A stretch of DNA of 64,000 nucleotides from an uncultured Actinomycetota bacterium (GTDB lineage Bacteria > Actinomycetota > Actinomycetes > JAHEKZ01). Location: contig CAVQYR010000001.1 of NCBI GenBank assembly GCA_963718235.1, forward strand, positions 736,001 through 800,000. Reading direction: 5' to 3'. The notes beneath the pieces are model-generated. The model saw only the letters and a program-made list of their open reading frames with translations, made no database searches and was not told the origin of the DNA. The translations under genes and the position numbers were made by a program. Of this stretch, positions 51,630-64,000 are shown in pieces; within the stretch, counting starts at the first letter, position 1; every line of letters begins with the position of its first letter.

Positions 51630-52600
51630 GTGAGCCAGCAGCGGGTGGGCCCGAGCGCGGCGGCGGCGTTCGCGGCCGGTGTGGTCGTCGCGGTCCAGGG
51701 ACGGATCAACGGCGAGCTCGGGCAGGCTCTCGACGACGGGGTGCTCGCGGCGGCCGTCAACTTCACGGTCGGGCTGACCGTCCTGGTCGTCCTCGTCGCC
51801 GCTCGACGACCCGCTCGCAGCGCGCTGCGCGGGCTCCGGGGGCAGCTGGCCGACGGCCAGCTGCCGAGGTGGACGCTGCTCGGCGGTCTGGCGGGGGCCA
51901 TGTACGTCGCGGGGCAGGGGGTCACGATCGCCGCCCTGGGGGTGGCCCTGTTCACCGTGGCGACGGTGGCCGGGCAGACGGGCATGGGCCTGGGTGTGGA
52001 CCGGTTCGGGCTCGGCCCGACCGGGTCGGTACCGATCACGGTGCTTCGGGTCGCGGCCGCGGTCCTGGCCACGGCAGCGGTGGGCCTGGCCGCGTCCGGC
52101 CGTGAGGGGTCGGGGGAGACGGCTCGATGCTCTTCCTGCTCCTGGCCTTCGCGGCCGGGGCGGCCGTGGCCTTCCAGGCCGCCTTCAACGGGCGGGTCTC
52201 CGTCGCCACCGGGCAGCCCACGGTGGCGGCTCTGGTCAACTTCGTCGTGGGACTCACCGCGCTGGCGACGATCCTCGTCTTGACCCACACGGTCGGGGGA
52301 AGGGCCTGGCCGGCGGTTCCCACGGCGGTCGGTGACCTGTGGCTCTACAGCGGTGGGGCCATGGGGGTCGTGTTCGTGGTCACCGCGGCCTGGACCGTGC
52401 GTGCACTGGGGGTGCTGCTGTTCTCGCTGGTCGTGCTCACCGGAACCCTGCTCGGGGCCGTCGCGGTCGACGTCGTGTTCCCCACCGACGGCGCGCAGCT
52501 CACCTGGAACCTGGCCGTCGGGATCGCCTTGACCCTGGTCGCGGTCGGCCTGGCGGTGGGCCCGTCGTCGAGACGCCCGCGCAGCCGAGTCGCTGCATGA
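51630..52600 (+). pseudogene. DMT/YdcZ-family transporter, two-domain gene with a frameshift near 52112-52116
   Basis: QGRINGEL..GGLAGA..AGQ first half and FQAAFNGRV..NFVVG second half in different frames; one extra G in the G5 run joins them. Confidence 0.75.
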
Positions 52601-52604
52601 CAAG

Positions 52605-53468
52605 ATGACGCACGTGACGGCGACCATTCTCGACGGCAAGGCGACGGCGGCGGCGATCAAGTCCGATCTCGCTCGTCGCGTGGATGCGCTCAAGCTGCAG
52701 GGGATCAACCCCGGGCTCGGCACGGTGCTGGTCGGAGACGACCCGGGCAGCCACGCCTACGTCGGTGGAAAGCACCGCGACTGCGCAGAGGTCGGCATCG
52801 CGAGCCTGCGGGTCGACCTCCCCGGCGATGCCTCCCAGGCCGATGTCGAGGCGGTCGTGCGTGAGCTGAACGCGGACCCGGCGTGCACCGGGTACATCGT
52901 GCAGCTGCCGCTGCCGAAGGGGCTCGACGCCAACACCGTGCTCGAGCAGATGGACCCCGACAAGGACGCCGACGGCCTGCACCCGACCAACCTGGGGCGT
53001 CTCGTCCTCGGCCAGCCGGGACCTCTGCCGTGCACGCCCCGAGGGATGGTCGAGCTGCTGCGGCGGTTCGAGGTGCCCCTGGACGGCGCCGAGGTCACCG
53101 TCGTCGGTCGCGGCGTCACGGTGGGGCGCCCGCTCGGGCTGCTGCTCACCCGGCGCAGCGAGAACTCGACCGTCACCCTGTGCCACACCGGGACCAAGCA
53201 CCTGGCCAAGCACCTGCGCGACGCGGACATCATCGTCGCGGCGGCCGGGGTCGCCGGGATCATCACACCCGACGTCGTCAAGCCCGGTGCGGCGGTCCTC
53301 GACGTCGGCATCACGCGCACCGAGCTCGGGCTGGTGGGCGACGTCCACCCGGAGGTCGCGGAGGTCGCGGGCTACCTGGCTCCCATGCCGGGCGGGGTCG
53401 GGCCGATGACCCGGGCGATGCTGCTGCTGAACGTGGTCGAGCGGGCCGAGGCCTCCGCGGGCAGGTGA
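52605..53468 (+). CDS. folD: Methylene-THF dehydrogenase/cyclohydrolase
   Basis: [39 protein letters not shown]. Confidence 0.97.
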   Translation: MTHVTATILDGKATAAAIKSDLARRVDALKLQGINPGLGTVLVGDDPGSHAYVGGKHRDCAEVGIASLRVDLPGDASQADVEAVVRELNADPACTGYIVQLPLPKGLDANTVLEQMDPDKDADGLHPTNLGRLVLGQPGPLPCTPRGMVELLRRFEVPLDGAEVTVVGRGVTVGRPLGLLLTRRSENSTVTLCHTGTKHLAKHLRDADIIVAAAGVAGIITPDVVKPGAAVLDVGITRTELGLVGDVHPEVAEVAGYLAPMPGGVGPMTRAMLLLNVVERAEASAGR

Positions 53469-53803
53469 CCACCGCGATGGACGACGAGGTCGTGCTCGAC
53501 GGAGAGGGCAACCCGATCGACCACGAGCCGTTCGTCGACCGGGTGCGCGACCAGTGGCCCTTGGCGCTGGTGATGCTCGGGATGGCGGTCGGGCTGGGGA
53601 TCGTGGCCGTGGGCCCGTTCCGTGCGGGGTCCCTGGTGGTCGCCGCGTCCGTGGTCTTCGCCGCCTTCCTTCGTGCCTTCCTGCCCGGGGACACCGCAGG
53701 GATGCTGGCGGTACGCAGTCGCACCGTCGACGTGGTCACGCTCGCGCTGCTCGGCGTCTCGCTCACCGTCATGGCCTTCCTCGTCCCCTCGCCACCGCCC
53801 TGA
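53465..53803 (+). CDS. DUF3017 membrane protein
   Basis: QWP, FRAG, LR..LP...[10 protein letters not shown]; usual position after folD. Confidence 0.8.
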   Translation: MTTAMDDEVVLDGEGNPIDHEPFVDRVRDQWPLALVMLGMAVGLGIVAVGPFRAGSLVVAASVVFAAFLRAFLPGDTAGMLAVRSRTVDVVTLALLGVSLTVMAFLVPSPPP

Positions 53804-53845
53804 CCCCGATGCCGCCGTCGCCAGCGGGCTCGATAACCTGCGGAC

Positions 53846-54820
53846 ATGGCTGACAGCAAGGGTTCGAACAAGGGCAAGGTCACCGTCGTCGGAGCCGGTT
53901 TCTACGGCTCGACCACGGCACAGCGGCTCGCGGAGTACGACATCTTCGAGACCGTCGTGCTCACCGACATCGTCGAGGGCAAGCCCGAGGGCCTGGCGCT
54001 CGATTTGAACCAGTCGCGTCCGGTCGAGGGCTTCGAGACCCGGGTCGTCGGGCAGACCACCGATCCGGCGTCCGGAGCCGGGTACGAGGCGATTGCGGAG
54101 TCGGGCATCGTCGTCATCACCGCTGGGTTGCCACGCAAGCCAGGCATGAGCCGGATGGACCTCATCGAGACCAACGCCCGGATCGTCCGCGGCGTCGCCG
54201 AACAGGTCGCCGTGCACGCGCCGGAGGCGGTGATCGTGGTCGTGTCCAACCCGCTCGACGAGATGACCGCCCTGACCCAGCTGGCCAGCGGCTTCGACAA
54301 GCGCCGGGTGATCGGTCAGGCGGGCATGCTCGACACGGCTCGGTTCACCAACTTCGTGGCCGAGCGGCTCGCGGTGCCGGTCGGCACGGTGCGCACGCTC
54401 ACCCTCGGCTCGCACGGCGACACGATGGTTCCGGTGCCCAGCCGGTGCACCGTGTCCGGCACGCCTCTGGCTGACCTCCTGTCGGCGCAGGAGATCGACG
54501 ACCTCGTCGTCCGCACCCGCAACGGCGGGGCCGAGGTGGTCGCGCTCCTCAAGACCGGCTCGGCGTACTACGCCCCCTCGGCTGCTGCCGCCCGGATGGC
54601 CAAGGCGGTGGCCGAGGACTCCGGGGCCGTCATGCCCGTGTGTGCGTGGGTCGACGGCGAGTACGGGATCGAGGGGGTGTACCTCGGCGTCGAGGCCGAG
54701 ATCGGCGCCGGCGGGGTCCGCCGGGTCGTCGAGGGTGCCCTCACCGACAGCGAGCGGGCCGGCCTGCGCGAGGCGGCTGAGGCCGTAAGGGCCAAGCAGG
54801 CCGACGTGAAGGACCTCTGA
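53846..54820 (+). CDS. mdh: Malate dehydrogenase (LDH-like)
   Basis: [46 protein letters not shown]. Confidence 0.93.
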   Translation: MADSKGSNKGKVTVVGAGFYGSTTAQRLAEYDIFETVVLTDIVEGKPEGLALDLNQSRPVEGFETRVVGQTTDPASGAGYEAIAESGIVVITAGLPRKPGMSRMDLIETNARIVRGVAEQVAVHAPEAVIVVVSNPLDEMTALTQLASGFDKRRVIGQAGMLDTARFTNFVAERLAVPVGTVRTLTLGSHGDTMVPVPSRCTVSGTPLADLLSAQEIDDLVVRTRNGGAEVVALLKTGSAYYAPSAAAARMAKAVAEDSGAVMPVCAWVDGEYGIEGVYLGVEAEIGAGGVRRVVEGALTDSERAGLREAAEAVRAKQADVKDL

Positions 54821-54822
54821 CC

Positions 54823-56052
54823 GTGGCCGAGGGGACCAAGATCAAGGTCGCCAACCCGGTCGTCGAGCTCGACGGCGACGAGATGACCCGGATCATCTGG
54901 CAGTTCATCAAGGACCAGCTGATCCTGCCGTACCTCGACGTCGACCTGGAGTACTACGACCTCGGGATCGAGCACCGTGACGCGACCGACGACCAGGTCA
55001 CGGTCGACGCGGCCGAGGCGATCAAGCGGCACGGCGTCGGGGTCAAGTGCGCAACGATCACCCCTGACGAGGCCCGGGTCGAGGAGTTCGGCCTGAAGAA
55101 GATGTGGCGGTCGCCGAACGGGACGATCCGCAACATCCTCGGTGGGGTGATCTTCCGCGAGCCGATCATCATCAGCAACGTTCCGCGGCTCGTGCCGGGC
55201 TGGACCAAGCCGATCATCATCGGTCGTCACGCCCACGGCGACCAGTACAAGGCCACGGACTTCGTGGTGCCTGGCCCCGGCACCGTGACCATCACCTACA
55301 CGCCCGACGACGAGGGCGAGCCGATCCAGTTCGACATCGCCCGGTTCCCAGGTGGCGGCGTGGCCATGGGCATGTACAACTTCGACGACTCGATCCGTGA
55401 CTTCGCCCGCGCGTCGTTCCGGTACGGGCTGTCGCGTGGGTACCCGGTGTACCTCTCGACGAAGAACACGATCCTCAAGGCGTACGACGGCCGGTTCAAG
55501 GACCTGTTCGCGGAGGTCTTCGCCGCGGAGTTCGCCGCGCAGTTCGAGGAGGCGGGGATCACCTACGAGCACCGGCTCATCGACGACATGGTGGCGTCGG
55601 CGATGAAGTGGGAGGGCGGCTACGTCTGGGCGTGCAAGAACTACGACGGCGACGTCCAGTCCGACACCGTGGCACAGGGCTTCGGGTCGCTCGGCCTGAT
55701 GACCTCGGTGCTGATGACCCCTGACGGCCGCACGGTCGAGGCCGAGGCGGCGCACGGCACCGTCACCCGGCACTACCGGGAGCACCAGCGCGGCCGGCCG
55801 ACGTCGACCAACCCGATCGCCTCGATCTTCGCCTGGACGCGCGGCCTGGAGCACCGGGGCTCGCTGGACGGCACGCCCGAGGTCAGCGCCTTCGCGCGGG
55901 ACCTGGAGGCCGTGTGCGTCGAGACGGTCGAGCACGGGGCGATGACCAAGGACCTCGCCCTCCTGATCGGCCCGGACCAGCCGTGGCTGACGACCCAGGA
56001 GTTCCTCGCCGCGCTCGACGAGAACCTCCGGGCCAAGCGTTCCGTACGCTGA
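54823..56052 (+). CDS. icd: NADP-dependent isocitrate dehydrogenase
   Basis: [47 protein letters not shown]. Confidence 0.97.
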   Translation: MAEGTKIKVANPVVELDGDEMTRIIWQFIKDQLILPYLDVDLEYYDLGIEHRDATDDQVTVDAAEAIKRHGVGVKCATITPDEARVEEFGLKKMWRSPNGTIRNILGGVIFREPIIISNVPRLVPGWTKPIIIGRHAHGDQYKATDFVVPGPGTVTITYTPDDEGEPIQFDIARFPGGGVAMGMYNFDDSIRDFARASFRYGLSRGYPVYLSTKNTILKAYDGRFKDLFAEVFAAEFAAQFEEAGITYEHRLIDDMVASAMKWEGGYVWACKNYDGDVQSDTVAQGFGSLGLMTSVLMTPDGRTVEAEAAHGTVTRHYREHQRGRPTSTNPIASIFAWTRGLEHRGSLDGTPEVSAFARDLEAVCVETVEHGAMTKDLALLIGPDQPWLTTQEFLAALDENLRAKRSVR

Positions 56053-56056
56053 CCCC

Positions 56057-58373
<2,317 letters not shown>

Positions 58374-58380
58374 CCGGCAG

Positions 58381-59484
58381 CTAGCGACGACGCGCGGCGC
58401 GCAGCCGGAAAGCGCCGAGGGCGAGGACAGCGGCCACGGCGGCGAGCGAGACGACGGCCCAGAGGCTGCTCGGCCCGTTCGCTGCTGCGTCGTCGGCCGC
58501 CCCGGTGGGGACCGAGGTGGTCAGAGGCGCGGTTGCGGTCTGCTTCAGCTCCCCGCGCGCGACCGGGTTGACCAGCTCTCCTACGGGCTGGATCCGGTCA
58601 CGGTGCGCGAATCCCCAGTCGAGCAGCCGCTGCGCAGCGGTCTCGCTCGACTCGACGATGCCCATCAGGGAGACGACGAGCAGGTGGCCGTCACGCTCGG
58701 CCGCACCGACGAAGGTGCGTCCGGCCAGGGTGGTGTAGCCGGTCTTCACGCCCACCGCCCCTCGGTAGCCGTCGTACAGCAGCGGGTTCTGGTTGTAGAT
58801 CTGGTAGGTGGGCCGCTTCTTGCCCTCATGCTTGGGCATCTGCCCCGGGAAGGCGGTGGTGACGGTTCCGACGTACCGGCGGAAGTCCGCACGCACGAGA
58901 CCGGCCCTGGCGAAGAGGGCGAGGTCGTAGGCCGAGGTGTACTGCCCGTCCGCATCGAGCCCGCTGGGGTTGCGGACCACGGTGTCGAGGGCCTGCAGCT
59001 TCTCGGCGTGGGCCTGCATCAGACCGACGGTGTACCGCATGCCTCCAGCGGCCGAGGCCAGGGCGTGCGCGGCGTCGTTCCCGCTCGGCAGCATGAGCCC
59101 GTAGAACAGCTGGTCGACGGTGTAGGTGGCACCGGGCACGATGCCCACCGCGCTGCCCTCTACGGCGGCGTCCTCCCACTGGACCTCGTACACCTCACGC
59201 TTGTCCAGGCGCGGCAGCAGCGTGATCGCGGTCAGCGTCTTGAGCGTGCTGGCCGGGCGCTGCTGCAGATGCGCGTTCCTGGCGGCCAGCACCTCTCCGG
59301 TGGTGGCATCGGCGAGGACCCACGACCGCGCGTAGATCTGCGGTGGCTCGGCGCCGCTGGCGACCACACCCTGATGGGCCAGGGCCGGCCCACCGACCGG
59401 CGAGGGCTGGTCGGCGCGCGCCGCGCCGGCCGTGGCGAGCACCACCACCGGAGCGAGGAGGAGCAGGGCGAGTGAACGGCGCAT
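58381..59484 (-). CDS. D-alanyl-D-alanine carboxypeptidase (S11), membrane anchored
   Basis: Signal peptide; ASTLK (SxxK), SGN, KTG; C-terminal TM plus Arg tail. Confidence 0.92.
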   Translation of the reverse strand: MRRSLALLLLAPVVVLATAGAARADQPSPVGGPALAHQGVVASGAEPPQIYARSWVLADATTGEVLAARNAHLQQRPASTLKTLTAITLLPRLDKREVYEVQWEDAAVEGSAVGIVPGATYTVDQLFYGLMLPSGNDAAHALASAAGGMRYTVGLMQAHAEKLQALDTVVRNPSGLDADGQYTSAYDLALFARAGLVRADFRRYVGTVTTAFPGQMPKHEGKKRPTYQIYNQNPLLYDGYRGAVGVKTGYTTLAGRTFVGAAERDGHLLVVSLMGIVESSETAAQRLLDWGFAHRDRIQPVGELVNPVARGELKQTATAPLTTSVPTGAADDAAANGPSSLWAVVSLAAVAAVLALGAFRLRAARRR

Positions 59485-59518
59485 GTCGCCGGACAGGATA
59501 CCCAGACTGCGGCTGGGC

Positions 59519-60279
59519 TCAGACCCGTCGGGAGATCAGGGCTCGCTTGACCTCTCGGATGGCCTTGGTGACCTCGATCCCCCGGGGGCAGGCCTCCGTG
59601 CAGTTGAAGGTCGTGCGGCAGCGCCACACCCCCTCCTTGTCGTTGAGCAGCTCGAGCCGCTCGGTCGAGCCCTCGTCGCGGGTGTCGAAGATGAACCGGT
59701 GGGCGTTGACGATGGCCGCGGGGCCGAAGTACTGCTCATCGGTCCAGAAGACCGGGCAGGAGGTCGTGCAGGCCGCGCACAGGATGCACTTGGTGGTGTC
59801 GTCGAACCGGTCACGGTCCTTCTGGCTCTGCCGCCGCTCCCGGGTGGGCTCCTGGCCGCGGGTGATGAGGAACGGCTTCACCTCACGGTAGGCGGCGAAG
59901 AACGGCTCCATGTCGACGACGAGGTCCTTCTCCAGGGGGAGACCCTTGATCGCCTCGACGGTGATCGCGTCGTCGGTGGCGAGGTCCTTGATCAGCGTCT
60001 TGCAGGCCAGGCGGTTGACCCCGTTGATCCGCATCGCGTCCGACCCGCAGATCCCGTGGGCGCACGAGCGGCGGTAGGTCAAGGTGCCGTCCTGCTCCCA
60101 CTTGATCCGGTTCAGGGCGTCGAGGATGCGCTCGGTGGGCAGCACCTGGACGGGGAAGTCCTCCCAGTACGGCTCGCTGCCCTTGCTCTCGGGCAGGTAG
60201 CGACGGATCCGCAGCGTCACCGTCAGTCGACCGGGGGCGGGTGCTGCTGGGACCTCGAGCGGGTCGGCGGTGGCGGTCA

Positions 60280-60280
<1 letters not shown>
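59519..60280 (-). CDS. sdhB: Succinate dehydrogenase iron-sulfur subunit
   Basis: SCAHGICGSDA, CILCAACTTSCP, CRTTFNCTEACP. Confidence 0.96.
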
Positions 60281-62025
<1,745 letters not shown>

Positions 62026-62033
62026 GCTGCCTC

Positions 62034-62456
62034 TCAGCCCAGGTTCGGGTCGAACGTGAAGATCACCAGGGTCCCGGTGAACAGGATCAGCACGGCCGAG
62101 GCGTACAGGGCTGCCTTGAGCCAGAAGCGGGTGGTGTCGCGCTCGGCGTAGTCGTTGATGATCGTGCGCAGCCCGTTGGTGCCGTGCAGCTCGGCCAGCC
62201 ACAGCATCAGGAGGTCCCACACCTGCCAGAAGGGGGACGACCAGCGCCCGGCCACGAAGGCGAAGTTGATCCGCTGAACGCCGCCGTCGAGCACGTTCAT
62301 GATGAACAGGTGGCCCAGCACCAAGATGATGAGCACGAGCCCCGACACCCGCATGAACAGCCACGAGTACAGCTCGTAGTTGGTGCGCGAGGCGGTGCGA
62401 GCGGCCCGACCGCTGCGCGGGGCGTCGAGGCGGTAGCCCTCGGGCGGGGCGGTCAT
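62034..62456 (-). CDS. sdhD: Succinate dehydrogenase hydrophobic anchor subunit
   Basis: WLFMRVSG, LGHL, LHGTNGLRTII.DY. Confidence 0.92.
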   Translation of the reverse strand: MTAPPEGYRLDAPRSGRAARTASRTNYELYSWLFMRVSGLVLIILVLGHLFIMNVLDGGVQRINFAFVAGRWSSPFWQVWDLLMLWLAELHGTNGLRTIINDYAERDTTRFWLKAALYASAVLILFTGTLVIFTFDPNLG

Positions 62457-62848
62457 GATGTGCTCCCGAAGATCGCCATGACCGTGTGCTGAAGCATGAA
62501 GAACGTCGCCGGCACCATCAGGAGCAGCCAGACGGCCACGATCGCCCACAGCATCTGTCGCTGGTACCGCGGGCCCTGGGACCAGAAGTCGATCGCCGTG
62601 ACGCGCAGCCCGTTCAGCGCGTGGTAGAGGACGGCGCCGACGAGTCCGACCTCCATCAGGTTGACCACGGGGTTCTTGTAGGTGGCGATCACAGCGTCGT
62701 AGGCGTCAGGGGACACCCGGACCAGCGCCGTGTCGAGGACGTGGGCGAACAGGAAGAAGAAGGTCAGGGCCCCCGTGATCCGCTGCGCCACCCACGACCA
62801 CATGCCTTCGCGGCCGCGGTAGAGCGTGCCTGCTGGGGCGGTGGGCAC
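62453..62848 (-). CDS. sdhC: Succinate dehydrogenase cytochrome b556 subunit
   Basis: TLYRGREGMWSW, HVLDT, HALNGLR..IDFW; RBS GGAGG. Confidence 0.92.
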   Translation of the reverse strand: MPTAPAGTLYRGREGMWSWVAQRITGALTFFFLFAHVLDTALVRVSPDAYDAVIATYKNPVVNLMEVGLVGAVLYHALNGLRVTAIDFWSQGPRYQRQMLWAIVAVWLLLMVPATFFMLQHTVMAIFGSTS

Positions 62849-63034
62849 CTGGAAGCCTCCGATTCGCTGCCGGCGGCCGTGTCCGCGCAGGTCACGACCG
62901 GTGTGCGAGCGGTTCCTCTCGCCTCCCCGATGATATCGGCGGGCGGTCGCTGGCCGCCTCCCGGCCCGCCGGACTTCCCGTTTGCCCGGCGGGCGCTCGC
63001 TTCGCGGGCTACCGTTCGGCCGAGGGGGGATCTG

Positions 63035-64000
63035 GTGACCACGATTCGTCGGGCTGCTGTGACGCCTTGGGCGGACAGGGCCAGGCTGCTGCCGTTCTTC
63101 GTGCGGCTCGCGATCAAGGAGCGTTTCGCCCCAGGGCTGTCCGTACGCCCGCTCGTCGCTGAGCTGTTCCTGACTGACAACTGCAACCTCAAGTGCGTCA
63201 GCTGCGCCTGCTGGCGCACGGTCACGCGAAGCGAGCTGTCGGGTGACGAGTGGCGTGGGGTCATCGAGCAGCTGGGCGCCGCGGGGATCATCAAGGCCAA
63301 CTTCACCGGCGGGGAGCCGCTGCTTCGCCGCGACGCACCGGAGCTGATGGCACACGCGTACGAGCACGGCATCCGCAGCCTGCACCTCAACAGCAACGGT
63401 ATTCTGCTCGACGACCGGCGTCGCACCGCCGTTCTCGAGGCGGGGGTGCGCAGCTTCAACATCTCCGTCGATGGCCCGACTGCCGAGATGCACGACGCTA
63501 TCCGGGGGGTGGACGGTTCGTTCGAGCGGACGGTCACGCATCTCCGCGAGCTCTTGGCGCACCGCACACGACTGGACCTGCGCGTGCGCATGAACTTCAC
63601 GGTCATGCGGTCCAACGTTGCTGAGCTTCCTGACATCATGCGACTGGCACAGCGGCTTCGGGTTCAGCTGTACCTCAATCTGGCCACGGACCACACGTTC
63701 CTCTTCCGTGACGGGCAGGTCGCGCTCGAGACGCGGGTCGGCCAGGACCAGCTGGACGACGTCATGAAGTCGGTGGAACAGCTGCTGCGACGTGACAGGG
63801 AGTTTGTTCCCCGCTACTCCGAGCTGCAGTACATGCGAAGGCACTTCGAGAACGTCCTTCAGGCGCGCCTCCCCTGCGCGGAGTCCCAGCTGAAGCTGAT
63901 GGTGCACTCGACCGGGGAGGTCGGCGGTTGCTGGGGGCATGGCGCCGCGGACAACGTTCGTGAGGTGCCGATCAGCGAGATCCTCTCGTCGGACCGCTAT
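63035..64000 (+). CDS. Radical SAM protein with SPASM/twitch-type C-terminal domain (runs off window; not in the ORF track)
   Basis: Manual translation from GTG 63035: TDNCNLKCVSC (Cx3Cx2C), FTGGEPLL, NSNG, ISVDG, C...GEVGGC; no stop before 64000. Confidence 0.9.
   Translation, partial: MTTIRRAAVTPWADRARLLPFFVRLAIKERFAPGLSVRPLVAELFLTDNCNLKCVSCACWRTVTRSELSGDEWRGVIEQLGAAGIIKANFTGGEPLLRRDAPELMAHAYEHGIRSLHLNSNGILLDDRRRTAVLEAGVRSFNISVDGPTAEMHDAIRGVDGSFERTVTHLRELLAHRTRLDLRVRMNFTVMRSNVAELPDIMRLAQRLRVQLYLNLATDHTFLFRDGQVALETRVGQDQLDDVMKSVEQLLRRDREFVPRYSELQYMRRHFENVLQARLPCAESQLKLMVHSTGEVGGCWGHGAADNVREVPISEILSSDRY

Noticed and set aside
62930-63000. GC-rich hairpins between sdhC and the radical SAM gene as an ncRNA or riboswitch
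   Set aside because: Short GC stems are expected by chance at this composition, and no known aptamer motif was seen.

Overview
High-GC actinomycete (Actinomycetota) chromosomal segment. The backbone follows the familiar Streptomyces/Mycobacterium order: alr-hydrolase-tsaE-tsaB-rimI-tsaD, groES (two CIRCE boxes, no groEL after it), whiD/whiB3, a B12-binding MerR regulator, bldM, guaB-guaB3-glpD-gabD-choD, guaA, pcrA, icmB, sucCD, purNH, folD, mdh, icd, trpS, a DD-carboxypeptidase, sdhCDAB and a radical SAM gene that runs off the window end. Five accessory features stand out. (1) A ~5 kb four-gene block between DUF6350 and purN encodes a SerA-like dehydrogenase, a DUF1015 (ParB/SerK-like DGHHR) protein, an atypical CE7 esterase and a tandem cNMP-domain/HX4D-acyltransferase fusion; this is the best candidate for an undescribed system. 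(2) A TMADH-like flavoprotein lacks both the FMN-linking Cys and one Fe-S Cys. (3) That gene shares a related 18-bp palindrome with an orphan Rieske oxygenase 12 kb away. (4) A LexA-boxed DUF222/HNH relic is frameshifted and collapsed. (5) A DMT transporter is frameshifted in a G-run. Many genes look leaderless (TANNNT-N6-7-start). No tRNA, rRNA, CRISPR, integrase or transposase was seen. All family calls are by-eye motif recognition; no searches were run.
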